From Tubiluchus corallicola (taxonomy: Eukaryota; Animalia; Priapulida): DNA of 64,000 nucleotides. Below, piece after piece: positions 41,153 to 55,648 of this stretch. The notes below the pieces were generated by a model. It saw only the letters and a list, made by a program, of their open reading frames with translations, did no database searches and was not told the origin of the DNA. The number at the start of each line of letters is the position of its first letter. Positions within the stretch are counted from its first letter, which is position 1. A program made the translations under genes and the position numbers. The stretch is from NCBI GenBank assembly GCA_030141605.1, contig JAQGDQ010000111.1, forward strand, positions 549,622-613,621, read 5' to 3'.

Positions 41153-44070
41153 TCTACTCTTATTTTTAGTTTTTACTTTTTAACATTTTATTCCATTTGC
41201 TTTTAATTGGTTTCATCATTGTCTATTATTACTTCATCGCCATTATTTTTACATAATCCGGTTTACAAGAAAAATGTAGCGAATCGCTTTCACTAAAGAG
41301 TCCATTACACGTGTTTTTGGTCGAATATCACTTCGAAACTTACTCATCGAAAATAAGTCTCTAAAGAGTCTTCAGCATTTTTGTTTGTTTGCTAAGATAA
41401 ATGTTTTTTCCTTAATAAAATAACGTTGGTGGACACATCTTACGTATGCTCGACAGGTGAAAATGAATGCCCATCCATTAATAACTGAAACTTTTGCTGA
41501 GAGCCCAAACTGTGCTAAAGTTAGAAACTGACAGACGTAACGAATTTTTCTAACGTGTTTTAAATGTAACTATACTTTGCTAGAGGGCTTACACCATAAC
41601 AGGTGCAAAAAGGTAAAAATATATAAGATGGCGGATCGCCCGCCTGAAAGAGGTTAACTAATTAATACTTATATTAAACATCCTTGTGACTTTCAGGCAA
41701 ATAAGCTGAAAAATTTGGTCTTGGAAAATAAATGGAGTGACACTTATGCATAGCGGCGTTAGACAAGACAAATCTGTCATCTGTTTTTCAGTTACACGTA
41801 GTTATTGATTTTTGCGTGGTCCATTTGTAAGAAATCAGATGCGCCACTTTGTCTTGCTTTACTAAATGAGAGCTAACTCAACGCATGGCTGCATAGTGCC
41901 TACAGGGTGAGGAAGAGAAGGCTCACTTCTCTGTGCTCAGGTACATACACCAGTGAAGTGCTGTGATTTTGTGTTGGGTTAAAACAACTGTGGCGATTAG
42001 GTGCAAGTTTTATCTTTTGTTGTGTCAGCTGCGTTTTGGTGTGCTAGTGGGCGAGTGAGTTTTTTGGGGGAATATGTGCAACGGTTAGAGAAGATAAAGA
42101 TCTGCTCAGCAGAGAAAGTACAGATACAATGAGTGCATCTGATGATTATGATCACTTTGGCATTTAAACTGTTTTGTCCTGAACACGTGAAAATTTTCGG
42201 GCAGCAGTGAAATCAGATTTTTGTAAAGTGAGACTTTGCAGTTTGGCCAATCGCGAAAAAATCACAAATATCTACACTGGTTGACAAAAAGTAACGAAGT
42301 TATAAAGGAATAGGTTTATTATAATAATTTAAGCTATGATGATATCACTCTTACCCGAGAATTTTTGTGTTCATGGATTCATTAGATGTGACTGCATGTG
42401 ATTAGACGTCATTATCTAAGCTTGTGTTTCTATTCTTACATAAGTTAAAATTGTTGTAATGTACTTCATTAATCGAAATTTAATGTATTTTTCTTGCAGC
42501 ACTGACTAATTGCTTCGTAACTAACACATCCATAACTGGTGTAGAATATCTGCAGTAAAATACCTGTCGTAGACAATCAGTGATTACAGGTGGCATAGCA
42601 AGTGTGAACGCTGATTAATTTACGATCTTCGGTTCTCTCACCTGGCTAGTGACGCATCTTTAACCGGATTTGGATCAAAGAGTTAAATCGCTTCTTGACT
42701 GACTTTATTTGGTAATTGGTAATTAGGCGTTCAAGTTTCTCCTTTGCCGACGTGTTAATGGGGATTGTGTTACCGTGAGGTGAGTGCCCTTAATATTGAA
42801 TTAGTGTACATTCTGTTACCTTTATTTATGCCGTTTTGCAGGTATATTTTTATGTCATTTAATGTTAAGTGTTTCGTAGCAGAGACAGGACATGGTGTGT
42901 ATGTCTTCCATTAATAACTTATTGAGGTTTTCTGGATTGCAACAGCACAGGAATAAATAACTCTTAGTTTCATTAATTGTTTAGCGTAATTAATTTCATA
43001 ATTATAAATTTACAATAATTTTGATCTTTGTGAGGCGGAGATCCCATATATAAACAAAAGCTATGCAGCCTAATTGTGGTTTAAAATTTCTTTTAAGTTT
43101 TAATTATGTAATAAGGGACTATTTAGCAAAATTTTACAAAACCAGGAAAAGCATTTTTTTCTCTGCAATGGTTAAGACTAGATATAAAAATAATTATTGT
43201 AATTATTATTATTGATTAACAGACAAAGGGAGGTCTGAGTAACTAACAACAGAACTTCTACATAATTCTAACGTCCTTTTTACATCTTTACATCTACAAA
43301 ACTACAAAATAACGATTTATAATAACTATTATTACTGACACAGTATGTCGTCTTTCAGTTTGTAAGGTAAGTTAATTTCTATAACATAGGTAGTACAGAT
43401 GTTCTTTAAAACCAACACCATAACAGGCAACACCACATCAAGGCACGAATAAGGCGCTAAGGATTTTGCTTTAGTGACTTTAATCAATGCTCATACAGAG
43501 AGGATAGCGTTGTAATGAGTCTTACAGTTTAGCCACGAACATGAAATTCAGAACATCAGTAATTGTACAGATACGTGATAATCTAAACGTATCTGGCGAG
43601 TCTTTGGTTAATAAAAGCGAATGATGATTTATGATCTCTCGTCGGTATTCAAATGGAGCAACTGTTCGTTTATGCAAAATACTAGAGAATCATTACATTT
43701 TGTACTCTGTATTTTGTACATTTCTCAGATCTTAGTCATGTCCTTATTGAGCGCATTCATGCGGGCGAATTTCAAATGAGTTTCACAGCTAAAGGTTTTA
43801 CGATGGTCTTTGACAGGGGAGTACGTTTTGGAAAAAGTGCTAAAGAAGCTATCTAGCATTTTTGTTCTAAATGAGCACATACTGTATAATTATATAAAAT
43901 TTTGCCTTCACGCAATTTTCTTAGGAAGTGTTTCACTTTGATAAGTATAATTATAGCCATCTGACTTTTGCTATTTTTTGAGTGATTATTGTCTCCTAAG
44001 TTTACAGTTTTAAAAAAGTTGTTTAGACTGGTAGTTGAACTTCCTATTTAGCCTGTATGAACATGATCAT

Positions 44071-44420
44071 ATAATAATAATAAATTTATTTGGAAGTGTA
44101 AATACAAATACAATATCAAGAAACACTGGGAAAATAGATATTAATAATAATGATTATATGACAGCGTGCATATAATAAATGGCAAGAACCAGAAGTAAAA
44201 CTTGTTAGGTGCTTGCACCATTACACGTCCAAATAATGAGAAAAAAAGAACAAAAAACGAAGGTTTTTAGGCAATTTAAAAAAAAAGAGTTGTGCAAAGT
44301 AAGGATAGAAGTGATGGATAAAAGAATGCTCAAAAGGGTAGGAAGAGTGGCTGGTGGAGATTCGGCAATGTTGATTGTTACTCAATTGTGTAGATAGTCA
44401 TTATGATTATACATATATTT
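44071..44420 (-). mobile_element. Possible 3' end of an L2/CR1-type LINE
   Basis: Minus strand ends AATAAA plus (TTA)n at ~44071-44090, preceded by a 3'UTR-like region and a degenerate ORF end (..RISTSHSS..SF..). Confidence 0.4.
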
Positions 44421-44659
44421 TCACTTATACGTAGTTATTTTTATTTTGCATTTGTAAGAAGTCATATGCACCACTTTGTCTTATATATATATATATATAA
44501 ACACTTCTGCTTACAATAATTTATATCTCATAATGTATAAATTATCAGATATAAGCCAAAAATGTAATTACAGTAACTCTGTAATTTCAAACCATCTTCG
44601 TCTTTAAACAAAGTCTTAAAATTGGTTAGAGACTTAGAGCGTAAACATTCCAGTTATTA

Positions 44660-44875
44660 CATAAATAATGAACACATTTGCCTTATGTCCAAATTGTAGA
44701 GGAACCCAGGAAGACATTTTTAACCAAACTAAATAAATTGCAAATTACTCTTATAAGTCTACAGTTACTAAGCAGCCGTTATTAAAATTCACGTTTTACA
44801 AATAAGTTGAATAAAAACGGGTCCAACACTGAGCCCTGGTGAACACCATACAACCAGATTAAACACGGAAAATCA
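44660..44875 (-). mobile_element. CR1/L2/Jockey-type LINE reverse-transcriptase fragment
   Basis: Minus strand reads YGVHQGSVLDPFLFNLFV (~44795-44850), a decayed GVPQGSVLGPLLFNLF RT motif. Confidence 0.65.
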
Positions 44876-46612
44876 GTTAAGCAAATATGAAGGGTGATTC
44901 GGGTTCAGTATACCATCACCGATGACTCACTGTGTTGGTGTGTCCTTCTCGTAAAGAGTTAAACTAATAGAGAACAATTAGGAATCTCCCTTTTTCTGTT
45001 TACCTTTTCCGGAACCTGTAATATTCTGGCCCGTAAAACATTCAGGGAGAAATATTTTCCACACACAATGTTCACTTCTAGAGATATTTACATAAGAAGT
45101 ATTCAGAGAAAGCATTCTGTGAGAAGTTTACATTCTACAAGATTCACTTTAAGAAGTATTTGCATACAACTGGCAGAAGAAACAATGAAGGACTTTTCAC
45201 TGGTTGCACGTAGATCAGTGTTAAGAAAACGTCGGCTGGTGAAAAAGTGGGTTGAAAAAAACGAACGCTTTGTAATCGGGGGTGGATGCGCAGGAGATAT
45301 AAGACTGGTGGGTGCAAACCGGCATTTCGTCAAAAGCAAGCATAAAAATCACATTAAATATTGCACATTGTAAGCATGCTGTTTGTGAAATAAACTGAAA
45401 AACATGATTTTTACATGTTTTCAAATAATTTTTACCTGGCAATGGAGACACCCTAGTATAGAGTCGCCCTGTAGTCGTGTGAGGCAAAGTAGGTTAGCTT
45501 GAAATGAATGATGTGATGATATACCACAACATATTTCCTAATCTGCCAGTTTAATTATGTCAAAAGTTTCAGTTCGTATTTATTTTCTCATGTTAGAAGT
45601 TTTCATTATTTTGCTCGGGGCTGGCAATATTTTCATAATACTGCATGGTTCCATAAACAATGTGAGGTTTTATAAATTTATATTCATTTTACAACATCGT
45701 AATATATGCATTATTCTTTATAGAATAGAATAAAATAGCATGCCAAAATTGCAAAACACCAAAATGTCACATTATCTTTTTTTAATATAATATAGCAAGT
45801 AAATATAGTTACCCCTTGTTTTCCATAATAAGTACATATGTTTTTATGGCTAGGCCTGCTATAGACCTTTGCTTTTAATTATTCTTTGTTAGCTAGAATT
45901 TGCTTCTGCTGACTTCATTACCTTTAACAGACTTTACTCTATTTTAAGCCAAGTAGTCTGCAGTTACTGTCTTATGATTAGGCCTATACTCTTCCTCTAC
46001 GATTATGGCTTCATTTGCTTGTTTTCATATAATTCGTATGCAACGAAAAATCTCCAATTAAAAGAGTTTTGAACCTTCCAAAATACCGCATCTATTTAAA
46101 TAATGAATATTTAGAGAAGAGATTTTTGATTTATATAATCTTAGGCTTGACTTCGCAGTTTTCTGAAGACCTTCTAACACGAAATCTCGCGGCAGTTGTA
46201 GAGTGTGAAACGCCTTTAGCATTCTCAGAAAAGGATCATAGTATTAATATCTACTGTCTATTACCTGCCTAGCTTACAACACGTCAGATATTTGTAGTTA
46301 TAAATCATTGCATTTCCACCCGAATTTGGAATGCTATCGCTCGCATGACAAACCTGTCTGCACGCCAGACTAACCTTGTCAAAAACGTACGACGGCCCAT
46401 TATGAATTCTGTAACTTTTCCTAACTCATATTCATGTGCAAAGTATACTGGTACGCCCCTAGCGGCGGGAAAGCTTACATTATGTTATTTATTATGTAAG
46501 GCTGTTCTTTATGAGCCACTGAGGAGCAAAATGTGGGTTGCTGAAAAGTTGTTGAAATGCCTTTGAGTTCCGAAAGCAACGTCTTGATTTTGGCGCAAAG
46601 TAGGCCTGTTTC

Positions 46613-46711
46613 ATATATATATATATAAGTATATATATATATATATATACATATAATATATATATATATATATATAAGTATATATATATATATAAGTTAT
46701 ATATATATATA
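46613..46711. repeat. Interrupted (AT)n microsatellite
   Basis: Visible directly. Confidence 0.95.
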
Positions 46712-49299
46712 AGTAGTTTTTGCACGACTACCATTAAAAATCCACATTGCTTCGCATAATTACAACAAATAGGCCTACTATTCATAAATCTGATATAACT
46801 TAACTACTAGTTTCACAGTACAAAATCCATTATTCCTACATTGTTAAAACACTGTCAGTGATTAATCAGTAGTCTAATCAGTTAGACAAAGACATCGACA
46901 GAGAGATGAAATTTGTTCCTAGAAAAAAGACTGTTAAGAAATCTTTATGTAGGTTAAACTATGCTAGCGATTGTGTTTAGTCACACAATGCAGCGCAGGC
47001 TTGAGAGTTTTCATCTATGAGTCATCACCATTGACCAAAGATATGCATCTGAAATTAAAAAAGAAGTCTGTTATAATAACATCATAGTTTCGCTTTAGTG
47101 CGCTTATGTTATTATAACCACAATGTGGGTTTAATTTTGTGTAAAACAAAATTTGGAAACTGTGAAATTGCAATCTGGGCTTTTCCCAAAACTTACTTGT
47201 TTTGGTAAACTATTTCAGTTTGTTCAGCATTCAGCAGAGTTTTTTCTGCCAAATTGCCATTAGAACGCCATTCATTAGTGTCATGGAATACGTTTTATCG
47301 TAAAGATTTTGAATACAACATAATTCTATTGTGACGTCACACTAGATAAATTGGGTAAGAACTTATTAGATAGATAGATAGGTATTTTATTTCTGAAAAT
47401 CAAATTTCCAACACGAAAATTGCAAACTCGACGCATACCCGATGGTTTTATCAGCGGGCAGAGCTTGGGTAATGATTTCCAGATCATACTAACGATTTGA
47501 TCCAACATAGCTGCACAAGGTATATACGCAGATATACAAATTTAGTTGTAAACTCCATGAAGCGAAAAAAAAACTATTTACTAAGCATTTGTACACATGT
47601 GATAAACAAATATTTTGCCTATATAATAATCACAGTGATGCGGTTATATGTCCGCTAACAAAGCTATACTATTTAATTCAAAAATCTATGCATACAGTCG
47701 TAAATGAAATTTGCAATATTACTATAATTTAACGCTATCTAATTAATTACTATATTACATGAAAGGTGAAAACGAGAACAGCACCAGGGCGCAATAGTCA
47801 GCTTTAAAGCGTTACTACGCAGGTAGTAACCCAAAAATACTAGATCTGGAATACGTATTAACATTTCCAACAACGTTTGTTGTCTGACAATGCTCGGCAA
47901 TGTTTGTTTCATAATGGTTTTCTCAACTTAACGAATTTTAGTTTTTCCTTTTTGTTTTCTCATTTTGACCGTCTTTTGCATTTTTTTCAATATTATTTTA
48001 GTGTTACTAAACATGAATTGTAAAATCAAACTGAATTGAATTAGGTCATCGATTCAAAATACCAAAAGACCTAAAGCTATAAATCCGAAGTTTTCTAAAA
48101 TTAATTTTTATTTAGCAATCTATTCTATCTGCCATTTGGTTATTATTTTGTTTTAGACGGTATTGTATGCCATATAGGGTCTATATATAATAGCATAACC
48201 CCAAAAGATATACGGTAAATTCAGTTTGGCTTACCCAAAAAGAAAATGAAAAAATGTCTCAATTAGGTTTTACTGTTTTTGTTCAAAACAGAAACGGAGC
48301 CTAGGCTATGAATGCATTTGTTAAATTAATGATCATAACAATCTATGACACACGCATTTTAAACTGTTGAAAATCTATTGCTAACGTGACAAATGCATTA
48401 AAATTTGTTTAATTCATTACTTCTTCGTGATATTACTACTACTAGTAAGGAAATATTAAAAATGACTTGTAAAATCCATAGCTTACCTATGTAATTTCAC
48501 TTTTAACTGTTAAATTTTGTCTACCGCATCATTATGATGCATTTGTGATCTTTTTTCTGTGTGTGTCAAGTTCAAATTATTACCTCAGAAGAAACTTTAG
48601 TTAAGCATTTGTAATGCTTTATTGTTAATTCTAAGATTAATAAAATATATTTATACAAAAAAAGGAGAACTATTAAAAATTTTGTTTAGAAATTACGGGT
48701 TGATCAGTTTATGTTACGCAGTTTTGACAGACTAATTTACAGTAATATTTTCATAATATTTATACCCTTACAACAAAACGAACAGGGTTGCTGTCACTAA
48801 ATGACAGTACACAAAATGATATTCAAATCTATACTATTTCGCTATAAATTGAACGGAAGAGTTCCTTTAATTTTCAAAACTGCAGGGTCTGCAGTAAACA
48901 TAGCATGCATGTTTACATAGTATGCATGTATCTGCTTATGGTTTTCGAGCTAGTACATGATAGACTAGCTGTAATCTCCTATTATTACTTTAATGTAATC
49001 AAAACGTTTTAATTATCCGTCGTAATTTCAGTTCAATTATCTACTGTTAAATTTTATTACTTAGTAATTCTACTAAAACCAAACATCTTTAGTCTAACTA
49101 ATTTAATTCATTTCCGTTTAAAAACAATTGGACATTATCTTATTGATTACATAAAAATTTTGCGCCTAATAAGAACAAATTCTGATTTAGTGGCCCCTAC
49201 CTGTACTTACATACATTTTTGAAATTGCTACTTCTATATTGTAGGCGGAACGAGTGCTGTGTGAATAGATTGATTGAATTGAAGCAAAAAGCTTTATGA

Positions 49300-49830
49300 A
49301 ATTGTATTGTCTTCATTTCATGTATCAGTATCATAATTCACTACTTCCACCAGCTTTTCAGTCATACTTTAGTCCAGTTTAAAATCACATTATCATTACA
49401 CAAGATATCAGTCGGAAACTATGTACTGCCTCTTCCAAAAACAAATATAATGAAACAGTCATCGAAATATAATGCTATTAAAATATGGTCATCAATTCCG
49501 CGTGAAATGAAAACTCTTATCTTTATCAATTTAAAAAAGCATCAAAAAATTACTTACTACAACGGTATAATTAACTCACAATTTTACTCATCCTGATCTT
49601 AAGTTACTAACAAAACTTATTTTGTTCTAATGTAAATTATAACTGATGAAAATACTATGCAATGTTAATTGTCAATTGTTCCACTTATCTGGAGGAGGAC
49701 TCGAAAGCTCAATGCTCCTTCCTCCTCCTCACAGTAACTCGTTTAGTTTATCATTTTTTTTCAATGTAATAACAATTTGTATGTATTTTTGTGTTGCTGT
49801 GGAATAAATTCATAATTCATAATAATTCAA
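49300..49830 (+). mobile_element. 3' end of an L2/Crack/CR1-group LINE
   Basis: Frameshifted FMYQYHNSLLPPAFQSYF..HYHYTR..PKTNIMKQSSKYNAIKIWSSIPREMK..KKASKNYLL (typical HxYxTR and IWNxLP C-terminus). The 3'UTR has a GGAGGAGGA/TCCTCCTCC hairpin (49691-49730), AATAAA and an (ATAATTC)n tail. Confidence 0.8.
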
Positions 49831-51789
49831 AATGTTGATAAACTGAAACCTGTAACATAAAACCAGTATTACGACAATTACGTATAAGCCACAGTGCAGC
49901 AGTTGATGAGTACCAACCTATTTCACGCCTACTACCACAACTTTTCTAAGCAGCAGTTAAAGATTTGTTAAAAAACCAGTTTAAGGCTTGCAGATTACAC
50001 GGTCTATTATATAAGTTAGGTTATAATAACCAAGCGTTATTACACAGAACTTTTATACATGATCGCCGGGTATGTGTCTGATACAAAATCTTTTTTGTGC
50101 GTCTGTCTTTTTTGTGCAATTTTATACAAATTATTTCTGTGCAGTTTTGTGTCAGCGAAATCAACTCAGCCACAGGATGACTTAAAACACGACTGAACAA
50201 AAATTGGGACATCAAATGTTGTTCGAAAGAAAAACAAAAATTCATATTAACACTATTTTAGATTAATAAAAAGAATGGGAAAGTATAATAAACTTATTCT
50301 TCTTATTTTTTGTGTCTTCAGTCCTGTGCTCATGTGAAATCGTGTCAAGTTTTACTGTGTTAATTTATTCTCAAAGAATTTCTTTTAACTCTTTGTTTTT
50401 CTTTCCTATTAATCTATATTCATTTACGGTTTTCCTGTTTCTTCAACGTGTGAGAGACAAGTTTGTTAGCCTCGTCGCTTCCTCTTTAAGGAAAGTTCAT
50501 CGTACGATGACTTTGTTGGTGTTATGTTTACTCGAACAATATGAATTAACGCATTAATTTTGACCCCAGGCTTTATTGCATTCATTAATTTGTTCGGTCA
50601 AGTTGGAGGATTAGAAATGGGCCGCTCTAAAACAAAGTCATGAGATTCCCTTGTAACGTGTTTAGATAGAAACAACTGCATTGGAAGGGTCGTTGTATCG
50701 GTATTTTCCTGAATTTTTCTCAAGATTATTTTAATGTTCATAACTGCTTTTATTTCCAGATTCTCACGTTGTGTAATTATTCAACCCCGTCATGAATCCG
50801 CCGTTATTACGTACAAATCTAGTAAGATCAACTTTACATTCAAAATTCATGATCCGCTTATAAATGAGATTTACAAGACAAAAACTGCAAACTTATTAGC
50901 AAGGTTAAATGAGTTGAACCTGTTATTGTTGATCAGGAAATTATCCAGTTGAAGTGATTGTTCTTACCTGTATTGCCGTTCATTCCTGTCAATGTGAATT
51001 AATCAACAGGTAAACCATCCAGGTGCAATACCAGGTACATTATGCAAAGCAGAAAAACGCTAGATGTAATGAACATCCGCCAGAAGCAAGTGCCAAAAGG
51101 TCAATAATAAAAAGTGTTGAAAATTAAAAGTGCCCACAGTGAAACGTTTAATAAAAGAATCATAGGACCCGATTTTTGTGAGAATTTAAAATTTTACGAG
51201 CTTTTCAAAGCAATTAAAAAGCGGTTTTATACAGAAGCGATTTGCTACCGTAACGTTAATTACATATTTTCAATATTTCCTTTTTTAACGTTTTGTGTGT
51301 CATGGAAACTTGAGAATTTTAATTAAAAACGCGAAACTTTATAGTTCTTGATTAGTATTTTAATTGCTACTACATGAGTGTGTACCGAGTAAGAAATCCA
51401 ATAGAATGCGTGAAGTTGAATACAATAAAATTACTTTCTGTTGTACAAATACGGTGGATGTGTACTTCCCTAAATGCGGTAAATAGCAGATGCTGTCTTG
51501 AAGTAGTCTTCCCTGTGGTCGCCCATCCATTTACTACTCAGGCTCGATGTCGTTTTACATCAGTTAAGCACAGATCTTGACCAGCAAGTTATGCCTTCAT
51601 CCAAATATAATGTTCGTAAATTAATGAACGTATTTTTTGAAACAGGCATTTAATATGGAGCGGACCAACACGAAATCCGTTTTAAAGCCAACTATAATAT
51701 AGATACTTCTAAAATAAATAAAAAATCGTCGTTTTTTTACAATCAGTTTGATGAAAAGTCAGGCTCAAAACGCCATTCGTTCAGCTGTA

Positions 51790-52008
51790 ACGGGTGCGTT
51801 GGGTGGCCGAGTGGTTGCAGCCACGTAGTCTTGATTTCAATACTAACAACTGCCATCGCCAGGACATATACCCTACATGTTATTCGTTATTTGTGCGTTG
51901 CGTACTTACCTGTATTGTTGCAAGTGCAAGTCGCTAAATACCCGTTAGTACTAATGTTGTGTGTTAAATGAGTGACTGTAAATAAATCTTGTCTTCGTCT
52001 CTTGTCTT
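51790..52008 (+). mobile_element. Possible decayed tRNA-headed SINE
   Basis: A-box-like GGTGGCCGAGTGGTT at ~51802-51816 and a 3' end AATAAATCTTGTCTTCGTCTCTTGTCTT; no clear B box or TSD. Confidence 0.35.
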
Positions 52009-52483
52009 AAAAATTTCGAAATTCAAACGCGGTTTGTTTAGCGCTTTGGATTCCTGAATTTTAAAGGAAACATATACACGAATTTATAGTCAGGAAAACA
52101 AAGCCATGCTTAAAAGCTCGTTTTACCCCAAATTGACAAATTTTTAGTACGATATAACATGCAAATTTTTCAAATGGTCCTGTTTATTTTTCACACGTGT
52201 TCTTCTATTTCAGGTACATACGCGTAGATACTTTGGACTTGTGCCAGTTTTCTTTCTGAACTGGGTTTAACTGACCATCAAGCGCCAAAGACAGACTCAT
52301 CTTTGTGCCTGGAACTGAAAAACTGTTGGGCAAATTTGCCAAAGTTTGGTTTTCGTTATCTTCACTTAGCAAATCGGTTACAGAAAGTGACATCAGTAAG
52401 CCGGAAAACAAACTCGGCTCTCGAACAAGGACGGCATAGCCATCCGAACAATGGCGGTACGATAGCGTCCGGAAAATCCGAAC

Positions 52484-52825
52484 ATGCCGATAACGCCCGG
52501 AAATCGGAACGTGTCGTCCGGCGATGAAGTCTACACTGTAGAGATGCAAGTCTCCTCCAAGGAGGAGGAGGAGGAAGAGGAAGTAAAAGATGAGAGTATA
52601 AGTCTATTCGACCTCTCTCAAGATAATTTGGAATCGGAAGTCGACCAGTTAAAGTCGGACATCCGATACCTGCAGAATGAGTTATCTTTGGCAGTGGAGG
52701 ACAAGGTCAGGGCTGCAGAGTATGGACTACAACTTCTGGAGGAAAAGGACGAACTGCAGGCAAGAGTGGAAATCTTGGAAAAGGAGAATGAGAAAGCACA
52801 GCAGGAAATCAAGAACGTCAGTTTG
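52484..52825 (+). CDS. BicD: Bicaudal-D family dynein adaptor, first coding exon (gene incomplete in window)
   Basis: Coiled-coil ...EVDQLKSDIRYLQNELSLAVEDKVRAAEYGLQLLEEKDELQARVEILEKENEKAQQEIKNVSL with the CC1 box AAEYGLxxLEEK typical of BICD; phase-0 donor GTAAGT at 52826. A strong acceptor TCTTCTATTTCAG at 52201-52213 implies the exon begins at 52214 with 5'UTR. Confidence 0.8.
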
Positions 52826-55361
52826 GTAAGTTCTTTTTTCTCGTTTTTCTTTTTTGGCTGTGACGTTTGCACAAATTAACTACTTTAACAAATTCTAATT
52901 CTTATTGTTAAGACTACTTATGGAACATTCAACCGGTTTTGTTAATATAAAAAGCTTTTGTTTTTCTGCATCTATTGCTGCAGTATCACTATTATTGTCA
53001 TTACTAAAGGTTCACTAGTTTCTATAATTCAATGCAAATTTCAATAGGTGGCGAGAGCAACGTGTAAGCAATGCTAATAATAGTATCTTATATACACAGT
53101 GTGGCGACAACCATTAACACGAAAGGGAAGCTACCGTAAACTGGTGCAGTTGCGCGATTTTAAAACAGTTGTTTAAAATTAGTCTAAGCGAATTTTTACA
53201 CTATTTTTCCTATCTTGGTATTAACACAACGCCACCGACATACACGAGACAACCAAACGCCTCATTTCATATTTTGAATGGTTCATATAAGTCGTTGATT
53301 CGATAAGAAAATATAATGAGAAAATAAAATCGAGCTCATTACAGACCTTTGTGTCATTCTAGAAGTAGTTTTTTTGTGGAGCCATCTGACATTTCATTGA
53401 GTATTGGCCTTGCTGTGTATATCTTTTAAACAAAAATTTCAGAATGAGTGAACGACTGAATAAATGACTTAGTTACCTTTCGAAGTTGTAAAAAGTAACA
53501 TTTTTGGTTTAACAATTTTCGATAATCCATGGCACCAAACATTGCGCGGACCAAATGCGCCAAGCAGCTATACGAAAGCATTAAACCTTTCAGTTATGCA
53601 GCCTGACGAATGAAGATGCATAGAAGCAGGAATACATCACATTTGTGAAGTTTCACGCTTTAGTTGCATTCGTCTTTTAAATGCAGTTGATGTAAGCAGC
53701 CATTTTTAAAATTTAGTTATCGTGGTAATAAGCTAACAAGTGACGATATATAACCGCAATAAATTTCAGAATTTCGCGGTCATCTTTTTGATTTTTTAGC
53801 CTTGATGTACTGACAAGTTCCTACTAAACTTGGGCGTGCAGTTTGTCCATTATAAATTGGTTTACATTTATACGCTATGACTGCACAAGTTTTATTCGGG
53901 GCTCTATAAATTAAATCTTCATTTCATGGTTTCTGTTAGTATATAGGCCCACTTGTGCAAAACAAAATTATTCAGATCCGCCTGTTATGCAAATTTTGAA
54001 ATTTCGTATTTTGCATAAAGTTTAGAAATCGCAAGTTTCTCAAACCAAACCCTCAAATTCTGTAATAATTTCATGTAAATTGAGCAAGCAATTTTCATGT
54101 AATTTTTTTCAGAAATACACAATTTTACGAATGAACGTAAACAGTCAATGTCATCAGTATCTATTTTGCGAAAATGATGAAAGCGCGTATATAACTATGA
54201 ATGCAAGTGTATAATTTTAATGTGAGATGTATTGTTATGACGTCGTGGCATAAACACGTAGTTTTCAGAATTTTAACAGAATTATTTTTTATCTATGGTC
54301 AACTTAATGAACACTACTCAACGATAATTTCCGGCTTATTAGATGACTCGCGGCCACGTTTTGAGACAAAGACCACAACACATTCTCATTAAACTTAATA
54401 ATTTCATACTTCGGCTGTTGAGGGCTATCGTAGCCTTGCCGAGATACAATTTCACGTAAGGACTTTGTCGGCTGTAGTGTTATAGACGGCTGTAATTACT
54501 GTTTAGTAAGCTCTAGGGGTGCTTGTGGTGCAACTTTGTACCTCTCCAACCCTTCTACTATTGTATGCGAGACTCGTGCGACTAAAGGAATTCAACAAAA
54601 CCAACATTCTTCCGTATGTGTGTTCATATCTAGGTCTATTACTAGTTACATTCAGTTGTTTAACGATTTCTTTTGAGTTTCTCTACGCCCTGCCAAAATA
54701 ACGAGCAAACTGTGGAAACGCAAAAAAATGTAGGCCTATAATTCAGTTGTGGCTTTTGGGCATACCTTTTCAACGCATTCAAGGAGAAATACGGTTGTTA
54801 CTGTTACAAAAACATTCGTGATTGGAAGCTTGTAATTATGTCAGAGACACGTTTTTTAATTTTTCATTTGAACTTCTTCAAGGCAACTATCGCTACAAAG
54901 CCAAGAAAAAGAACACGTGTTAAAAATGAAAAAAGATATTGAGATACAAACTAATGTCTAAGTCTACATTTATAAATACCTACAGGTCTGAGATTACCAT
55001 TATTTGTTATTCTCGTTAAAACCGTAGAATGTGGAGTTACAAAGTAGGCAACTAAAAGTTATACTAGATTTCTAACGAGAAAAACTGTTGCAAAATCCTA
55101 ATTATTCTAGTTAATTATCACTATACTAACTAATATCTTTAAGTCCAGTGTATGGCTGTGTGCTGCGTGAATGCTGGCCTTGTAACGGCTATCAGCAGAG
55201 ATGTTGGAAAGGTTGTTTAAGCGTTCAAACGCAAAGCCACACATTTTCACAAACAAACCACACAAATTCATCTAAGTTTTTATCTGGGACACGCTAGACG
55301 AAGGCATTACCAATCCGAGTTCTAAAAAATTTTGTTCGGGCTGCAGGTGAAGGCAATGTAC

Positions 55362-55648
<287 letters not shown>

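Noticed and set aside
45068-45460. 101-aa ORF or mariner transposase tail
   Set aside because: No recognisable catalytic motif and only one candidate TIR (GAGACACCCTAGTA); not enough support.
46160-46215. Hammerhead ribozyme (CTGAAGA...GAAA)
   Set aside because: No stem II can form between the conserved boxes; other CTGANGA hits also lacked flanking helices.
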